Origin: an uncultured delta proteobacterium
Lineage (GTDB): Bacteria > Desulfobacterota > Desulfomonilia > Desulfomonilales > Desulfomonilaceae
Direction of reading: 5' to 3'
NCBI GenBank assembly: GCA_963789265.1
Contig: CAWBKB010000003.1
Span: forward strand, 320,001 to 384,000
DNA length: 64,000 nt
Below are positions 1 through 11,737 of the stretch, one piece after another. Below the pieces are notes generated by a model that did no database searches, had not been told where the DNA came from, and saw nothing but the letters and a program-made list of their open reading frames with translations. The translations under genes were made by a program, and so were the position numbers. Position 1 is the first letter of the stretch, and each line of letters starts with the position of its first letter.

Positions 1-106
1 GTTGCGGCAAGAGTTAAAAAAAGAAGTTATAGACCGATTTCGGTTGCTACAACATGCGGGCCGGTTAGTAGTGGCAACCGCTATCACAATTAATAAGGCG
101 GAAAGA

Positions 107-733
107 ATGGTCGAACATCTGGCAGGATATTTCACGCAGGCGATTGAACAGGCCGGATACTTCGGAGCGGCATTTCTCATGGCGTTGGAGAGCATGGTGG
201 CCCCAGTGCCGAGCGAGCTCGTGATGCCCTTTGTCGGATTCCTGGTAGTGGAAGAAAAGTTTTCGCTGGGCGGTGCCATCCTTGCAGCATCACTGGGCTC
301 TGTCGTCGGTTCCCTTATTTCTTACTACATGGGCTACTTCGGCGGCAGACCCCTCGTTCTTAAGGTGGGCCGCTATCTTTTGCTTAATCGGGAACACCTG
401 GAATGGACCGAACGGTGGTTTGGCCGGCACGGTTCGTGGACGATTCTTGTGAGCAGGTTTATTCCAGTCGTGCGCCATCTCATCTCCGTCCCCGCAGGTT
501 TGGGCCGGATGAGGCTACTCGATTTTTGCGTGTACACAATCATCGGTGCAACAATGTGGAATTCCTTCCTCCTATGGTGTGGTTATAAATTGCGGAAGAA
601 CTGGATGCTTGTAGAAAAGTATTCGCGTGAACTCGATCTGTTGATGGTCGTCGGCCTCATTGTGGTCATTGTATGGTTTGTTGCCGTTCATTTGAGGCGC
701 GCTCGGGCAGTTGGGGCCTCGAGTGAGGAATGA
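107..733 (+). CDS. dedA: DedA family membrane protein
   Basis: Motifs LES..APVPSELVMPFVG and SRFIPVVRHLISVPAG with several hydrophobic helices; ATG at 107 preferred over the ORF-track start. Confidence 0.9.
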   Translation: MVEHLAGYFTQAIEQAGYFGAAFLMALESMVAPVPSELVMPFVGFLVVEEKFSLGGAILAASLGSVVGSLISYYMGYFGGRPLVLKVGRYLLLNREHLEWTERWFGRHGSWTILVSRFIPVVRHLISVPAGLGRMRLLDFCVYTIIGATMWNSFLLWCGYKLRKNWMLVEKYSRELDLLMVVGLIVVIVWFVAVHLRRARAVGASSEE

Positions 734-797
734 TGCGGGGCGCGTTTCACGGGACGATTCTCTGAGCGGTCGACGGATTGGTCTAGACGGGAGCTTT

Positions 798-960
798 TAG
801 CCGTTGCCAAAAGTAATAACCTGTTCACCACCCGTCATTCCGGCGGAGGCCGGAATCCAGTCTTTTCAATCCCGCGTTCCTCGCGGGACTGGACCCCGGC
901 CTTCGCCGGGGTGACGGTCTCAGGCTAACTCTAATCGGACAAAACTTTTGGCAATGGGTA
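798..960. repeat. MITE-like element with imperfect terminal inverted repeats enclosing a GTCATTCCGGC...GCCGGAATCCAG palindrome
   Basis: TAGCCGTTGCCAAAAG (798-813) vs CTTTTGGCAATGGGTA (945-960, 2 mismatches); internal hairpins at 831-917. Confidence 0.65.
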
Positions 961-1128
961 TAGCCGTTTTAGCCAATTAATTGTTGATAAAATTTGTATG
1001 AAGCGTTAACCTTTCCCTATGTGAGTCATACAATTGTTTAGGATAGGGCAGAGTAATTCAATTTTAACAACTGCCGCGTTGCAACACCGGTGAATTTATT
1101 GAATGTCCATAACAAAGGAGGGGGTCTT

Positions 1129-2553
1129 ATGGAAGTAATGGAATGGATCAAGACTATGACTCGGGACCAGGTTGCAAACAGGATGGTGGACCTTGTCACC
1201 CATGTTTCGCCTGACAATTTCATGAGATTGAGCCTGATGGCTTCTTACCTGATCAGCGGGGAAGATGCCGGTGCAGCCGTGGAAGCTGTGATGGACAGCT
1301 TGAGACTGGGAGAAAACGGACAAGCCACCAAAATGTTCCGGCGTGTCATGACTGAGCTTTCGCCGCACTGCCTGAAGAGTGTGTCCCGCAATCTCTTTGT
1401 CAATGGGCTTCTGCGCAGCTCCGCGCTCCGCGAAGAGTTTTCAAAGAAGCATGGTTTTTCGCCTCCCTTTACCGTGCTGATTAGCCCGACAATGCAGTGC
1501 AATCTTCAGTGCAAGGGCTGTTATTCGGGGAAGTATACCCGGTACCAGGGATTATCCTACGAACTGATGGATCGCATCGTGGGTGAAGCTCGCGATTTCG
1601 GTTCCATGTTTATTGTTTTAAGCGGAGGGGAACCTCTGACACGCAGGGAAGATCTATTCCGTCTCGTCGAGAAATATAATGACATGTATTTCATGTTCTA
1701 CTCAAACGGCACCCTCATTGATGATGCAGTAGCCGACAGACTCTACAGTCTGGGTAATGCGGGCGCGGTTATGAGCCTCGAAGGATTTGAAGAGGCGACG
1801 GATGCCCGCCGCGGAAAAGGGGTCTTCAAGAAGGTTATGAGTGCGATGGATCGTCTCAGGGAGCGAGGTGTCGCTTTCGGTACTTCGCTCACTGTCACCC
1901 GGCGTAATATCGAGCAGTTGACCAGCGACGCCTTTTTCGAACATCTCTACAACAAAGGAGTAATGGTGTGCTGGCTCTTCCTCTTTTTGCCCGTGGGGAA
2001 AGACCCGGATGTTAGCTTAATGCCCACGCCTGAACAACGAGAGTACTTAAGGCAGCGCGGTAGCCAACTCCGCGAAAAATATCCAATATTCATCGCGGAT
2101 TTTTGGAACGATGCCCCGCACGTGGGGGGCTGTATTGCAGGCGGTCGCAATTACATTCACATTAATGCCAACGGAGACGTGGAGCCTTGCGTCTTTACCC
2201 ATTTCGCGGTGGACAAGATTCACGACAAGAGCTTGTTGGAGGTGCTTCAGAGCGATTTCTTCCGCAAGATTCGATCCAAACAGCCTTACTCTGAGAATCT
2301 CCTTACGCCATGCATGATTATAGATAACCCTAACGTTTACCGAGAGGTCGTACACTCTTGCAATGCCTATCCGACCCACGATGGGGCCGAAGATGTCCTG
2401 ACAAAGATTAAAGACGATCTGGACGATTATGCTCGCAGGTTCAGAGCGCTGTCGGATCCTATTTGGGAACGCGAAAAGGCGGAGTACGGGTACGAGGACA
2501 TCCCTTCTAAAGCATTGCCCGATAACGGCAGACAAGTCCCTGTGGGAAGATGA
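1129..2553 (+). CDS. Radical SAM protein with C-terminal SPASM/Twitch-type Cys domain, function unknown
   Basis: CNLQCKGC motif, SGGEP, and CIAG..YIHINANGDVEPCVF; RBS AAAGGAGGGG before ATG 1129. Confidence 0.9.
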   Translation: MEVMEWIKTMTRDQVANRMVDLVTHVSPDNFMRLSLMASYLISGEDAGAAVEAVMDSLRLGENGQATKMFRRVMTELSPHCLKSVSRNLFVNGLLRSSALREEFSKKHGFSPPFTVLISPTMQCNLQCKGCYSGKYTRYQGLSYELMDRIVGEARDFGSMFIVLSGGEPLTRREDLFRLVEKYNDMYFMFYSNGTLIDDAVADRLYSLGNAGAVMSLEGFEEATDARRGKGVFKKVMSAMDRLRERGVAFGTSLTVTRRNIEQLTSDAFFEHLYNKGVMVCWLFLFLPVGKDPDVSLMPTPEQREYLRQRGSQLREKYPIFIADFWNDAPHVGGCIAGGRNYIHINANGDVEPCVFTHFAVDKIHDKSLLEVLQSDFFRKIRSKQPYSENLLTPCMIIDNPNVYREVVHSCNAYPTHDGAEDVLTKIKDDLDDYARRFRALSDPIWEREKAEYGYEDIPSKALPDNGRQVPVGR

Positions 2554-2685
2554 GCAACGCAACAAAGATTACAAGAGAGAAGTTGCTGAGTGAAGGCGCG
2601 GTTGCCTCAAGTACCGTGGCTTCGTTGGTATTTTAGCCCCACCTGATGAATCCGCCGCTGCCAAGGGACCGGAAACAATGTTGGC

Positions 2686-2792
2686 GTAGGATGCCGGTGA
2701 GCCTGCGCTATGCGAGAGAGAACCGTCCCGCGAACGCGGGATTTGCGATCTTTTCTCGATTGATGCGGTTCGCTACGCTCTCCACATCCTAA
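2686..2792. repeat. GTAG-type REP-like palindrome pair
   Basis: CGTAGGATG... paired with GATGCGGTTCGCTACGCTCTCCACATCCTA; related copy at about 44345-44428. Confidence 0.55.
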
Positions 2793-3075
2793 CTTGAATC
2801 TTCGGATTTTGCTCCGCTTGCATGCACAGCGGAACGTACTGAAGCCTGCGCCTCAATGGAAGTTTTTTCTCCCATTCTCCGAGAGGGACGGTCACAACCC
2901 GGATTCTCTCCCTCCCCAAAAAGTCGAAACCCCGCGGATACATAGAAGCCAATGAACGGATTTTTCGAGGACCTGCGCTTGACTCAAGCGCTCTCCGATG
3001 TTACACAAATCCGATTACCTCGTTTCTTTCCATCGTTTGTCTTGATGGACAATAGCTCAACATGAGGCCCGGTGT

Positions 3076-3978
3076 ATGCTCACATTTCAGGAGTTGATCC
3101 TTTCCCTGGAGAAATTCTGGTCGGATCGCGGATGCGTGCTTCAGCAACCGTACGACATTGAGAAGGGCGCTGGCACCATGAATCCCGCGACCTTTCTGCG
3201 AGTCCTAGGCCCGGAGCCCTGGAATGTGGCTTACGTGGAGCCTTCCCGAAGACCCACTGACGGCCGTTACGGCGAAAACCCGAACAGATTGCAACACTAC
3301 TACCAATATCAGGTTATTCTGAAGCCCTCCCCTCTCGATGTCCAGGACATATACATTGAGTCTTTGACTGCGTTTGGGATCGATCCCTTGGCCCATGACA
3401 TACGCTTCGTGGAAGACGACTGGGAATCACCCACGCTGGGTGCCTGGGGAGTTGGATGGGAGGTCTGGCTTGACGGGATGGAGATCACCCAGTTTACTTA
3501 CTTTCAGCAGGCCGGGGGATTGGATATGAAGCCCGTCTCCGTAGAACTTACGTACGGCATCGAGCGCATCTGCATGTATCTTCAAGGAGTTGAAAGCGTT
3601 TACGACCTGAAATGGACAAGGGACATTTCGTACGGAGACGTGCATCATCGCTCGGAAGTGGAGGGCTCGATCTATAATTTCGACAAGGCAAACACTGACA
3701 TGCTCTTCAAGCTCTTTGACATGTACGAGGCTGAAGCAGACGCGCTGCTGGATGCAGACGAGCCCCTGGTCCTTCCCGGATATGACTATTGTTTGAAGTG
3801 CTCACACGTGTTCAACATACTCGATGCCAGGGGCGCGATTAGCGTCGCGGAGCGCACTGCCTATATTCATCGCGTGCGAAATCTAGCCCGTAAGGCTGCG
3901 TCGGCATATTTGGCCCAGAGGGAGGCCATGGGATTTCCGCTCCTGGATAAATTCCGTGAAGGTAGGGCTGCATCATGA
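3076..3978 (+). CDS. glyQ: Glycine--tRNA ligase alpha subunit
   Basis: [48 protein letters not shown]. Confidence 0.99.
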   Translation: MLTFQELILSLEKFWSDRGCVLQQPYDIEKGAGTMNPATFLRVLGPEPWNVAYVEPSRRPTDGRYGENPNRLQHYYQYQVILKPSPLDVQDIYIESLTAFGIDPLAHDIRFVEDDWESPTLGAWGVGWEVWLDGMEITQFTYFQQAGGLDMKPVSVELTYGIERICMYLQGVESVYDLKWTRDISYGDVHHRSEVEGSIYNFDKANTDMLFKLFDMYEAEADALLDADEPLVLPGYDYCLKCSHVFNILDARGAISVAERTAYIHRVRNLARKAASAYLAQREAMGFPLLDKFREGRAAS

Positions 3979-6059
3979 ATGGCGAATTCCTCCTGGAAAT
4001 CGGTACGGAGGAGATCCCGGCAGGCTTCATCGGTCCGGCGACCGAGTCTCTTTCAGATCTCTTCGCAAAGGCTATGAGTAGCGCCCGCATTGCGCACGGC
4101 CCAATCGAAACTTACGCGACGCCCAGACGACTGGTCTTGTGCGCGTCAGATGTGGCGGATCACCAGCCGTCCGTACAAGTGGAAAGAACCGGGCCGCCCG
4201 TAGCATCGGCGTTCGACGAGCAAGGGAATCCCACCAAAGCCGCTATAGGATTTGCACGAAGCCAGGGGGTTGAAGTCGCGGACCTGGTCATAGCAAAGAC
4301 CTCTAGGGGGGAGCAGCTAGCGGTCCGTAAAATCGAAGAAGGACGGCCCACCGGCCAGGTACTGGCGGATATCCTGCCAGGGCTAATGGAAGGGATAAAC
4401 TTTCCGAAGACAATGCGTTGGATGGATCTGGTCGTGCGGTTCGCGAGGCCCATACATTGGATTGTCGCGCTATTCAATGGACAAGTGGTGCCGTTTGTCT
4501 TCGGAAACATCCGCAGCGGCAATACTAGCCGCGGTCACCGATTTAAGAATCCTGTGGCCTTTCAGGTGAGCAGCTTGAAGGACCTTCGGGAAGCGTTGGA
4601 AAAGCAGGACGTGGTTCTGGATCAGGACAAGCGACGCAGCCGCATAAAGACGAATGTGAAAGAGCTGGCAGCACTCGCGGATCTTCAGGTCTTCGATGAC
4701 CCCGAGCTTCTGGATGAAGTGAATTTTCTGGTGGAGAGCCCGTACCCGATCATGGGAGAGTTTTCGGAGGATTTCCTGGAGCTTCCCGCGTCCATTCTGA
4801 TAACCTGCATGAAAAAGCATCAACGGTACTTTTCCGTTCAAGATAAAGAAGGTCGCATCACAAACAGGTTTATCGCAGTCAATAATACCCCTGTTAAAGA
4901 TCCTTTGGCCTCGGTCCGCGGCCATCAAAGGGTCCTGAAAGCCAGGCTCGAGGACGCACGGTTCTACTTCCGCGAAGACAGAAGAATCCCTCTGTTCGAC
5001 AGACTTGAAGCGCTCAAAGGGGTGGTTTTTCATTCCAAGTTGGGAACTGCTTATGAAAAGGTCGAGCGATTCGCTAATCTGGCAGTAAAACTGGCCGAAC
5101 TCTTTGCTCCTGAGAAGATCGCGGAAGTTGAACGGGCTGCATGGTTGTGCAAGTGTGACTTGGAAACAGGCATTGTTTACGAATTTCCGGAATTGCAGGG
5201 TATCATCGGCAGCTACTACGCCAGAATGGACGGAGAATCGGACGAGATTGCTACAGCCGTGAGGGAGCACTATCTGCCGGCACGTGCGGGAGATAGCCTC
5301 CCAAAAGGTATCATTGGCTCCCTGGTCTCTATAGCCGACAGGATGGACACGATAGCCGGCTGCTTCAGTGTGGGCCTGATCCCAACCGGCGCGGCCGATC
5401 CTTATGCTCTCAGGCGGCACGCACTTGGAATTATCCAAATTCTTTTGTACCTGCATCGCCCGCTCAATATCGCTTGGCTGGCGGCACAGGCAATAGATCT
5501 GTTGGCAGAGAAACGGACCCGCGAAACGAACGAGGTTAAGGCTGAAGTTCTTGATTTCTTTCGAACCCGTTTCGTAAATTTCCACACCTTGAGAGACTTC
5601 CCGTTGGATGTGGTCGAAGCTGCCGTAAGAGCTAGATTCGATGATGTCGTGGATGCTCGCAGGCGAGTGGAAGCATTGAATCAATGGAAGAGCCGCGAGG
5701 ACTTCGATCCCATTATAATCGGCTTCAAGCGAGTAGTTAACATCCTAAAGGACACCCAGCCGCAGCAAATGTCACAGAAATTACTTCAGGAGGATGAAGA
5801 AAGAAAGCTGTACCGGGCCTTCCAGGACGTGTCCGAGCGTGCCGACCCGCTCATCCAACGGGGGGAATATACCGAGGCTCTGGGAATAATTGCTGAACTC
5901 AAGTCGCCCATCGACATATTCTTTGATGGGGTGATGGTGATGGTGGATGACGAACGGTTGCGTAACAACAGGCTCGGCCTACTGCGAAAAATAGCTGATT
6001 TCTTCGGTAGGATCGCTGATTTTTCATTTATCGGCTCGACGGCTGTAAGCAAGTCATAG
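3975..6059 (+). CDS. glyS: Glycine--tRNA ligase beta subunit
   Basis: [31 protein letters not shown]; overlaps glyQ stop (ATGA). Confidence 0.99.
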   Translation: MNGEFLLEIGTEEIPAGFIGPATESLSDLFAKAMSSARIAHGPIETYATPRRLVLCASDVADHQPSVQVERTGPPVASAFDEQGNPTKAAIGFARSQGVEVADLVIAKTSRGEQLAVRKIEEGRPTGQVLADILPGLMEGINFPKTMRWMDLVVRFARPIHWIVALFNGQVVPFVFGNIRSGNTSRGHRFKNPVAFQVSSLKDLREALEKQDVVLDQDKRRSRIKTNVKELAALADLQVFDDPELLDEVNFLVESPYPIMGEFSEDFLELPASILITCMKKHQRYFSVQDKEGRITNRFIAVNNTPVKDPLASVRGHQRVLKARLEDARFYFREDRRIPLFDRLEALKGVVFHSKLGTAYEKVERFANLAVKLAELFAPEKIAEVERAAWLCKCDLETGIVYEFPELQGIIGSYYARMDGESDEIATAVREHYLPARAGDSLPKGIIGSLVSIADRMDTIAGCFSVGLIPTGAADPYALRRHALGIIQILLYLHRPLNIAWLAAQAIDLLAEKRTRETNEVKAEVLDFFRTRFVNFHTLRDFPLDVVEAAVRARFDDVVDARRRVEALNQWKSREDFDPIIIGFKRVVNILKDTQPQQMSQKLLQEDEERKLYRAFQDVSERADPLIQRGEYTEALGIIAELKSPIDIFFDGVMVMVDDERLRNNRLGLLRKIADFFGRIADFSFIGSTAVSKS

Positions 6060-6140
6060 GCCCTGGCTCAATCCCGCCAGGCACGGGGTTAAGTTGGCGC
6101 GTATTCCCGCGTGGGCAGAGCATAATAGAGCACTTGTTCA

Positions 6141-6383
6141 AGTGCGCCATCAAACAAGCGACAATCCCCGGAGGTATGGTGGGGCATCCCGCGTTCCGCG
6201 CTGGATCACCCCGGACTTCGATCCGGGGTATGTAGGGGCGGACCCGCGTGTCCGCCCGGGGCAGACACATAGGTCCCCCTACAATTGATGCCCGCGTACG
6301 CGGGCATGACGACAGGCAATCACGCCCGGGCGTGACTGTCCCACTAAAAACACGACGTCTCTTGTTTGAAAGCGAATCGGTAT
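6141..6383. repeat. MITE-like repeat, copy 1, with an extra GTAG-type palindrome at 6231-6283
   Basis: Colinear with 50999-51189; terminal repeats TCAAACAAG...CTTGTTTGA. Confidence 0.75.
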
Positions 6384-8056
6384 CAAAGGGTGGCCTTCAG
6401 AAAGGACGCCAGGTTCTGCCGCGATTTGGGTAGAACAAGTTTTTTTCTTATGTTTTTGCGATGCACGAGAACGGTTTGTGGCGATATGCCCATCACCTTG
6501 GCAATCTGCTTCGAGGACAAACCCGAGCGGATCATCTCGCATATTCGGATCTCACGCGGCGTCAATGACGGGCTGTTACAGGCTAGATCCGAACCAAATG
6601 ATGAGAGCATGTTGGCTAGATTGAATTCGAGGGACCTCAGAAGAAAATTTGCCTTGTCCGGAAGATCCTGAGACCTCAATTGCTCAAGTATCGGCTGGAC
6701 TGTAAGATTTAGGTTATGAGAAATCCTTCTCTCGACCTCTTTTTTCTGCTCCTCGATTCCTTGTATAATTACCTTAAGCGCCTCGTTGGTCTTTTCAAGG
6801 CTCGCAGAATATCGCTTCAGTTCAGTACGTGAGTTTTTAAGGTCCCTAGTTCGTTCTTCCACTTTGGCTTCAAGGGAAGTCGAGTACTGCTCCAAAGCTT
6901 CGTGGCTCGATCGCGATGCCTCTTCCGCTGCTTTAGTGTCACTGATGTCCCGCAACGTTACAATGATGCCCTTGGCATTGTTCTCTCCATCCAGCAGAAT
7001 TGAACTGTGCATGAGGACAGGAACTACGACCCCGTCTGCGCGAGTATGCTGGATTTCAGCACTGTGTTTGCCCCGCCGCTGCACGAGTCGGAAAGCTTGG
7101 CAAACACACCCGGCCTGGCTGGGAGAGTGGAATCCTGCAAGGCCGTTCCGGGTCATTTGCTCGGGTACACAGCCGTGCATGGCCGCGAATGCCTTGTTCA
7201 CAAACATCAAAGTGCCATTGAGATCTGTCACGGCAAGCCCCTCGGAACTCTGCTCTATGGCTTGAGAAAGGAGTCTGAGGCGCTCTTCAGCCTTCTTTTG
7301 TTCGGTGATATCGCGGAAAACCAGGACGAGCCCGGCGATGTTGCCCTGGGAATCTCGGATCGGGGCAGCCTTGAATTCAACGTCCACCGGCGAAGCACCC
7401 TTCGATTTCAGCAGAGAATGGTGGCAGCGGGCCGTGTTGTCGGCTCCAGCGGCAAGTTCGTCCGCCAAGCTCACCGGCTGGGTCTTGCCTCGGCACCGTC
7501 CTATGTTGAAGACCGCTTCTAATGGTCTTCCCTTTGCTTCGGCCGAGGTCCACCCCGACAATGATTCCGCGACGGGGTTCATGAACTTGACTGAGCCTTT
7601 CTCATCCGTGGCAATAAGAGCATCTGCGATGCTGTCAAGCATTACTGAAAGCCACTCTTGAGGCTCTCCGGGGCTTCTCCTGAGCCCGTGTCTGAAAAGA
7701 GCCATCTCTATCGTGGAGTCCAGTTCTTTTTCGTGGAAGGGCTTGATCAAGTACCCGAAGGGTTCAGTCACTCTTGCCCTATCCGGCATTTCTTCGTCCG
7801 CGTAGCCGGTGAGACAGATAATAGGAATCTTGAAGCGGCTGTGAATAAGGCGAGCAGCGTCGATGCCATTCATGGGGCCTTTCAGAACGACATCAACCAG
7901 TGCGAGGTCCGGCTGTTCGGCTTCAGCCTTCCTGATGGCTTCCTCGCCCGTCTTGGCGGTTGAGCAAACCTCATATCCGAGCTCTTGGAGGCTGCTTAGT
8001 ATATCCCGAGCAATGATCCCTTCCTCCTCGACTACCAATACCCTCGCTTTGGGCAT
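6383..8056 (-). CDS. Response regulator: receiver + two PAS domains + LuxR-type HTH
   Basis: N-terminal REC (LVDVVL, GYLIKPF), PAS ends FRDITEQK and LRDISDTK, C-terminal LTPREIRICEMIRSGLSSKQIA. Confidence 0.92.
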   Translation of the reverse strand: MPKARVLVVEEEGIIARDILSSLQELGYEVCSTAKTGEEAIRKAEAEQPDLALVDVVLKGPMNGIDAARLIHSRFKIPIICLTGYADEEMPDRARVTEPFGYLIKPFHEKELDSTIEMALFRHGLRRSPGEPQEWLSVMLDSIADALIATDEKGSVKFMNPVAESLSGWTSAEAKGRPLEAVFNIGRCRGKTQPVSLADELAAGADNTARCHHSLLKSKGASPVDVEFKAAPIRDSQGNIAGLVLVFRDITEQKKAEERLRLLSQAIEQSSEGLAVTDLNGTLMFVNKAFAAMHGCVPEQMTRNGLAGFHSPSQAGCVCQAFRLVQRRGKHSAEIQHTRADGVVVPVLMHSSILLDGENNAKGIIVTLRDISDTKAAEEASRSSHEALEQYSTSLEAKVEERTRDLKNSRTELKRYSASLEKTNEALKVIIQGIEEQKKEVERRISHNLNLTVQPILEQLRSQDLPDKANFLLRSLEFNLANMLSSFGSDLACNSPSLTPREIRICEMIRSGLSSKQIAKVMGISPQTVLVHRKNIRKKLVLPKSRQNLASFLKATL

Positions 8057-8291
8057 AGCTTCGCCCTCCGAACCGCATGGTCTTGCTATAGAGTTTTATA
8101 TCACTTGGCGCAGGAAGGCGGAATAGCAAGAAAGAAGAAGGAGTGGCATCCGTCCGGATTGGGCATTTGTACGCTACGGATACGGTCTTGTGGACCCGTG
8201 GGATATTTTGGGAACACCTTCACATTGGAGTGTAACATATATGCCTGTGCGAGTGAGCAAACCGCGGGTCGCACCCGACAGTTGACTTCCC

Positions 8292-9116
8292 CTATGCGCT
8301 TCCATCGAGCGTCAAATATCGGAAGTCAACCCACCCGGCGCGGCCCGATGGAGTAATCACTCTGAACCACATGGAATCCCTGAGAAGACGCTTTTCCGTG
8401 ACCTTCACCCGTTGTCCTGCCGAAAGTTTTTCAATAATCTCGGAGTTCGGTTGAGGCCGTTTGTGGACACGTAACCTTTCGGGCACAACGTGGCCCTGGC
8501 GGTTGAGATCCATCGAGTAGCCTCGGTCGCTTTCATAATTCCTGGTTTGAAATCGCTTCCCCGAAGCCCTATGGATGCTCGCGGCTGATGATGCCTTTGC
8601 TTCTCTGCCAAACCCCACATTATCGCTGCTTGCCCTCCCGGTTTGAGAATTTAGTGGTTTTCCCGCTAATAACCCCTCAGGCGGACTGCCTGCACCGCTA
8701 AAAGCTTCGAGGTCTTTCACATTCGGGACTTGTCCGCGCAGCCGGGTCTGCAAGAGAAGACTGTTGGTAGCGGACTCCTTCCTGAGGCTTTCAATCATCC
8801 CTGTCAATTCGGCTATCGCCCGAAGACCTTTCTCTTGCTTTTTGCACATACTCGTTACGCAGGCTATTCTTTCGCGGATAGTTGAAGAAGTCCACAGAAA
8901 GTAGATTTGAATCATACAGGTGAAAAACACCAAACTGAGCAAGAGATGACAAAAGTGCCGGAACGGCAAAAGCTCCTGTTCGGCCTCGTCCGCGCAAGAT
9001 GAGGACTGGAGTCTTCTCTTTAACCAGAAGTACCACAATATAAGGAACGCGGCCATAGCCGTGAGCTGAAGGGCGGCGACGGTGATGTATATTGCCATGC
9101 GGCGAGAACCTCCCAT
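8292..9116 (-). CDS. Membrane-anchored protein with C-terminal bacterial SH3 domain
   Basis: Two N-terminal hydrophobic segments; LRVHKRPQPNSEIIEKL...WFRVITPSGRAGWV. Confidence 0.75.
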   Translation of the reverse strand: MGGSRRMAIYITVAALQLTAMAAFLILWYFWLKRRLQSSSCADEAEQELLPFRHFCHLLLSLVFFTCMIQIYFLWTSSTIRERIACVTSMCKKQEKGLRAIAELTGMIESLRKESATNSLLLQTRLRGQVPNVKDLEAFSGAGSPPEGLLAGKPLNSQTGRASSDNVGFGREAKASSAASIHRASGKRFQTRNYESDRGYSMDLNRQGHVVPERLRVHKRPQPNSEIIEKLSAGQRVKVTEKRLLRDSMWFRVITPSGRAGWVDFRYLTLDGSA

Positions 9117-9738
9117 TGGTTTGTTGATTTATTTATCATTAAAACCAACTAATTGCAACAATTATTTAAAGTAACATCCGATAGTAGACGCTGCTAGGCT
9201 TGGTCATTTGTTCGTGCCGTGACGGAAGCCGGGTGCGTATTTCGTTGCCCTCACTCCGGCCCTCTCCCAGAGGGAGAGGGAGCTGTTCCAAAGTAGCTAT
9301 TATGGTCCCCGCTCCCTTTGGGATAGGGGATTTCGTATTACGATTTTTCCGGTTCAAGTGTTTTGAGATAGTTCTGGCTGCTCGTCCCACCGGCAATTTA
9401 AGCCCTTAGATAAAAAAATTGGTTTCCCGAGGGACGCGGGACCCGCAATCACAATCTTTTGCCGCACGTAACCGAGGCTTAGCCGGGCCGTATCCGGAAT
9501 TCATTGACTTCTCGTGCAAATTGAGATAGGCAGGATACCGGATGCAGGCTCAGAGGATTATGACTTTCTCATGCCGGCAACTTTCCGCGATCGAGTAAGG
9601 CGTCCTAATTCCGCAACCTTATTAACAGAGTGTTCTACCCAAGGACTTTTCACATTCGCCAACAAGCGGGGCGGTCACCATGAGTTTACACGCTTGAAAC
9701 CGTCTCAACGAATTTCGGCAAATCGCGTCCGAGGGCCC

Positions 9739-11610
9739 ATGATACAGCTTTCACCAGAGGAGTTTCTAGAAAGTTTCCCTGATGACGCGTGTCTGATCGG
9801 TAGTAATTCCAAAATACTCCACGCCAATTCACACCTGACAAAGATTGCGGGCCCCGTGGCGGGACGCTTATGCTATGAAGCTCTTGCGGGACTCGCCGAC
9901 GTGTGCCCATTTTGCCCCTTTGATGATCTAGTGAGAGGAAAGGCCGGCCCGGTTGTCGATGCTTTTCAGTCCAGACAAGAGAGACCATGCTCGATCAATG
10001 TTCGTCTGCTCCCAGACCTAGGGGAAAGTGGGATAGTCCTGGAGACCATCCGGCGCATGAAGCAACATGAGCAGTTGAGCAATGCCGGCGGGCGTCGTCG
10101 TGATCCGGACCCGGATCTCTCGAAGAAACTCACCGGATTATTAGAAATCACTCGGGACTTCATGGGGAGTGCTCCCCTGCAGGAGAAGATGGACAGGGCC
10201 CTGAGTCGAGTGGCTGCATGCCTGGATGAGCCTGCCGGCGCCGTGGTCTGGCTGGACTTGGATGACCGGAACTATGGCACATTGCCGAAAGAGGGGACAA
10301 AAACAGAGTATATACAGCAGATAGTGGTGGAATCAAAAGTTCGAGGATTTCTCCACGCTAACTGTGCGAAATGTCCGAATCTCAGCCCGGAAGAGGAGTA
10401 TTTTCTGGAGGAAGTGGCCGATATCATAGGGCGTCAATTGGAAATAGGCGATCTGTGGACTAGGCTCCGACAGTCGGAAGAACGTCACAAGAAGTTGGCC
10501 GGCAACCTCGCAAAGGAGATGTGGAGCCGAACCGAGGCGCTGGCCAAGGAGTCCGGCTATCTCGAGGGGATTCTCAGGTGCTCTGACGACATGATTATCA
10601 CGACTGATCTAGAAGGTCGCATCGTAGAGTTTAACCCGGGAGCGGAAAAGATCCTCGGTTACACGGCAGAAGAGATGCAGGGGCGCCGGATTTCAGGTCT
10701 ATGGTTTGACGCGGCCGAGCGCGAAAGCCTCATGCAAGAGGTAAACCTCACCGGTGGAATTCGGAATCATCAAACACGTTTGAAAACGAAATCGGGAGAA
10801 TTTCGTGAGATTTCCTTGACCCTGTCCCTATTAAAGGACGAGCAGGGCCGAATTCTCGGCACCGTAGGAGTCAGCAAAGACATCGGCCAAGAGAATGCAG
10901 TCAAGCGTGAACTTGAACTACTTAATCACAACTACCGTGAGACGATCCATTTCATCAATCATGAGAACAAGAACTCTCTTGTAGTCATAGCAGGCTTCGT
11001 CCGACGTCTTTTGGAAACCGAAGCAGACCCCTCCAGACGGGATCAGTTGGCCGTGGTTTACCATCATTCGCAGTTTCTGGAGGCAATGAGTCGTGATTTT
11101 CTCGTGATGGCCGATCTGGAACATGGGGAATTTCAAGTCAAGAAGACGCTGATCAGGAACTTCTACGAGGAAGTAGTTCTTCCCGCGATGATCGGTCTAA
11201 AGGAGCGCTATCCAGACTCATTTCAGAGTTACGATGAGAGCATGGGAGGCGTGGGAGCGATCCAGCTTATGGGAGATCCCGGGCTTCTGGAAGTTGTTTA
11301 CCGCAACCTTTTTGGTAACGCCTTAAAATACCGACATCCTAACGGCAACATAGCATACGGTGTGGTCGATCGTGGCGACAGCTATCTCTTCAATGTTTGG
11401 AATGAGGGGCCGGGAGTGCCTCCTGATCAGGCTGAATCCATCTTTGAAAAATTTTACCGAGTCGAGAACAATAACACCCTGGAAAAACCCGGGACCGGCC
11501 TGGGACTTTACAACATAAGAAGAATAATTGAAGCCCATAGGGGCCGTATCTGGTGTGAGACAAAACCGGGTGAGTGGATAAACTTCCTTTTCGTCATACC
11601 AAAAGAATAA
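9739..11610 (+). CDS. PAS-domain sensor histidine kinase
   Basis: H-box HENKNSL, N-box NLFGNALKY, G2 GTGLGL, PAS domains; ATG 9739 preferred over GTG 9514. Confidence 0.9.
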   Translation: MIQLSPEEFLESFPDDACLIGSNSKILHANSHLTKIAGPVAGRLCYEALAGLADVCPFCPFDDLVRGKAGPVVDAFQSRQERPCSINVRLLPDLGESGIVLETIRRMKQHEQLSNAGGRRRDPDPDLSKKLTGLLEITRDFMGSAPLQEKMDRALSRVAACLDEPAGAVVWLDLDDRNYGTLPKEGTKTEYIQQIVVESKVRGFLHANCAKCPNLSPEEEYFLEEVADIIGRQLEIGDLWTRLRQSEERHKKLAGNLAKEMWSRTEALAKESGYLEGILRCSDDMIITTDLEGRIVEFNPGAEKILGYTAEEMQGRRISGLWFDAAERESLMQEVNLTGGIRNHQTRLKTKSGEFREISLTLSLLKDEQGRILGTVGVSKDIGQENAVKRELELLNHNYRETIHFINHENKNSLVVIAGFVRRLLETEADPSRRDQLAVVYHHSQFLEAMSRDFLVMADLEHGEFQVKKTLIRNFYEEVVLPAMIGLKERYPDSFQSYDESMGGVGAIQLMGDPGLLEVVYRNLFGNALKYRHPNGNIAYGVVDRGDSYLFNVWNEGPGVPPDQAESIFEKFYRVENNNTLEKPGTGLGLYNIRRIIEAHRGRIWCETKPGEWINFLFVIPKE

Positions 11611-11737
11611 TAGCTCTCTGAACGAAATGCGGCTCCGCATTTATCGAAAATAGTGACGGATTTATTTGTGGGTGTCCCGCCAACGCGAGATTGGATTGCC
11701 CGGTGCGACCTCATTCCAAGAAGCTTCCAGGAATGCA

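Noticed and set aside
2560..3075. T-box or glycine riboswitch upstream of glyQS
   Set aside because: No T-box consensus or glycine aptamer found; the structure is explained by REP-like palindromes.
4470..5684. 404-aa antisense ORF
   Set aside because: Shadow of glyS with no RBS or recognisable motif.
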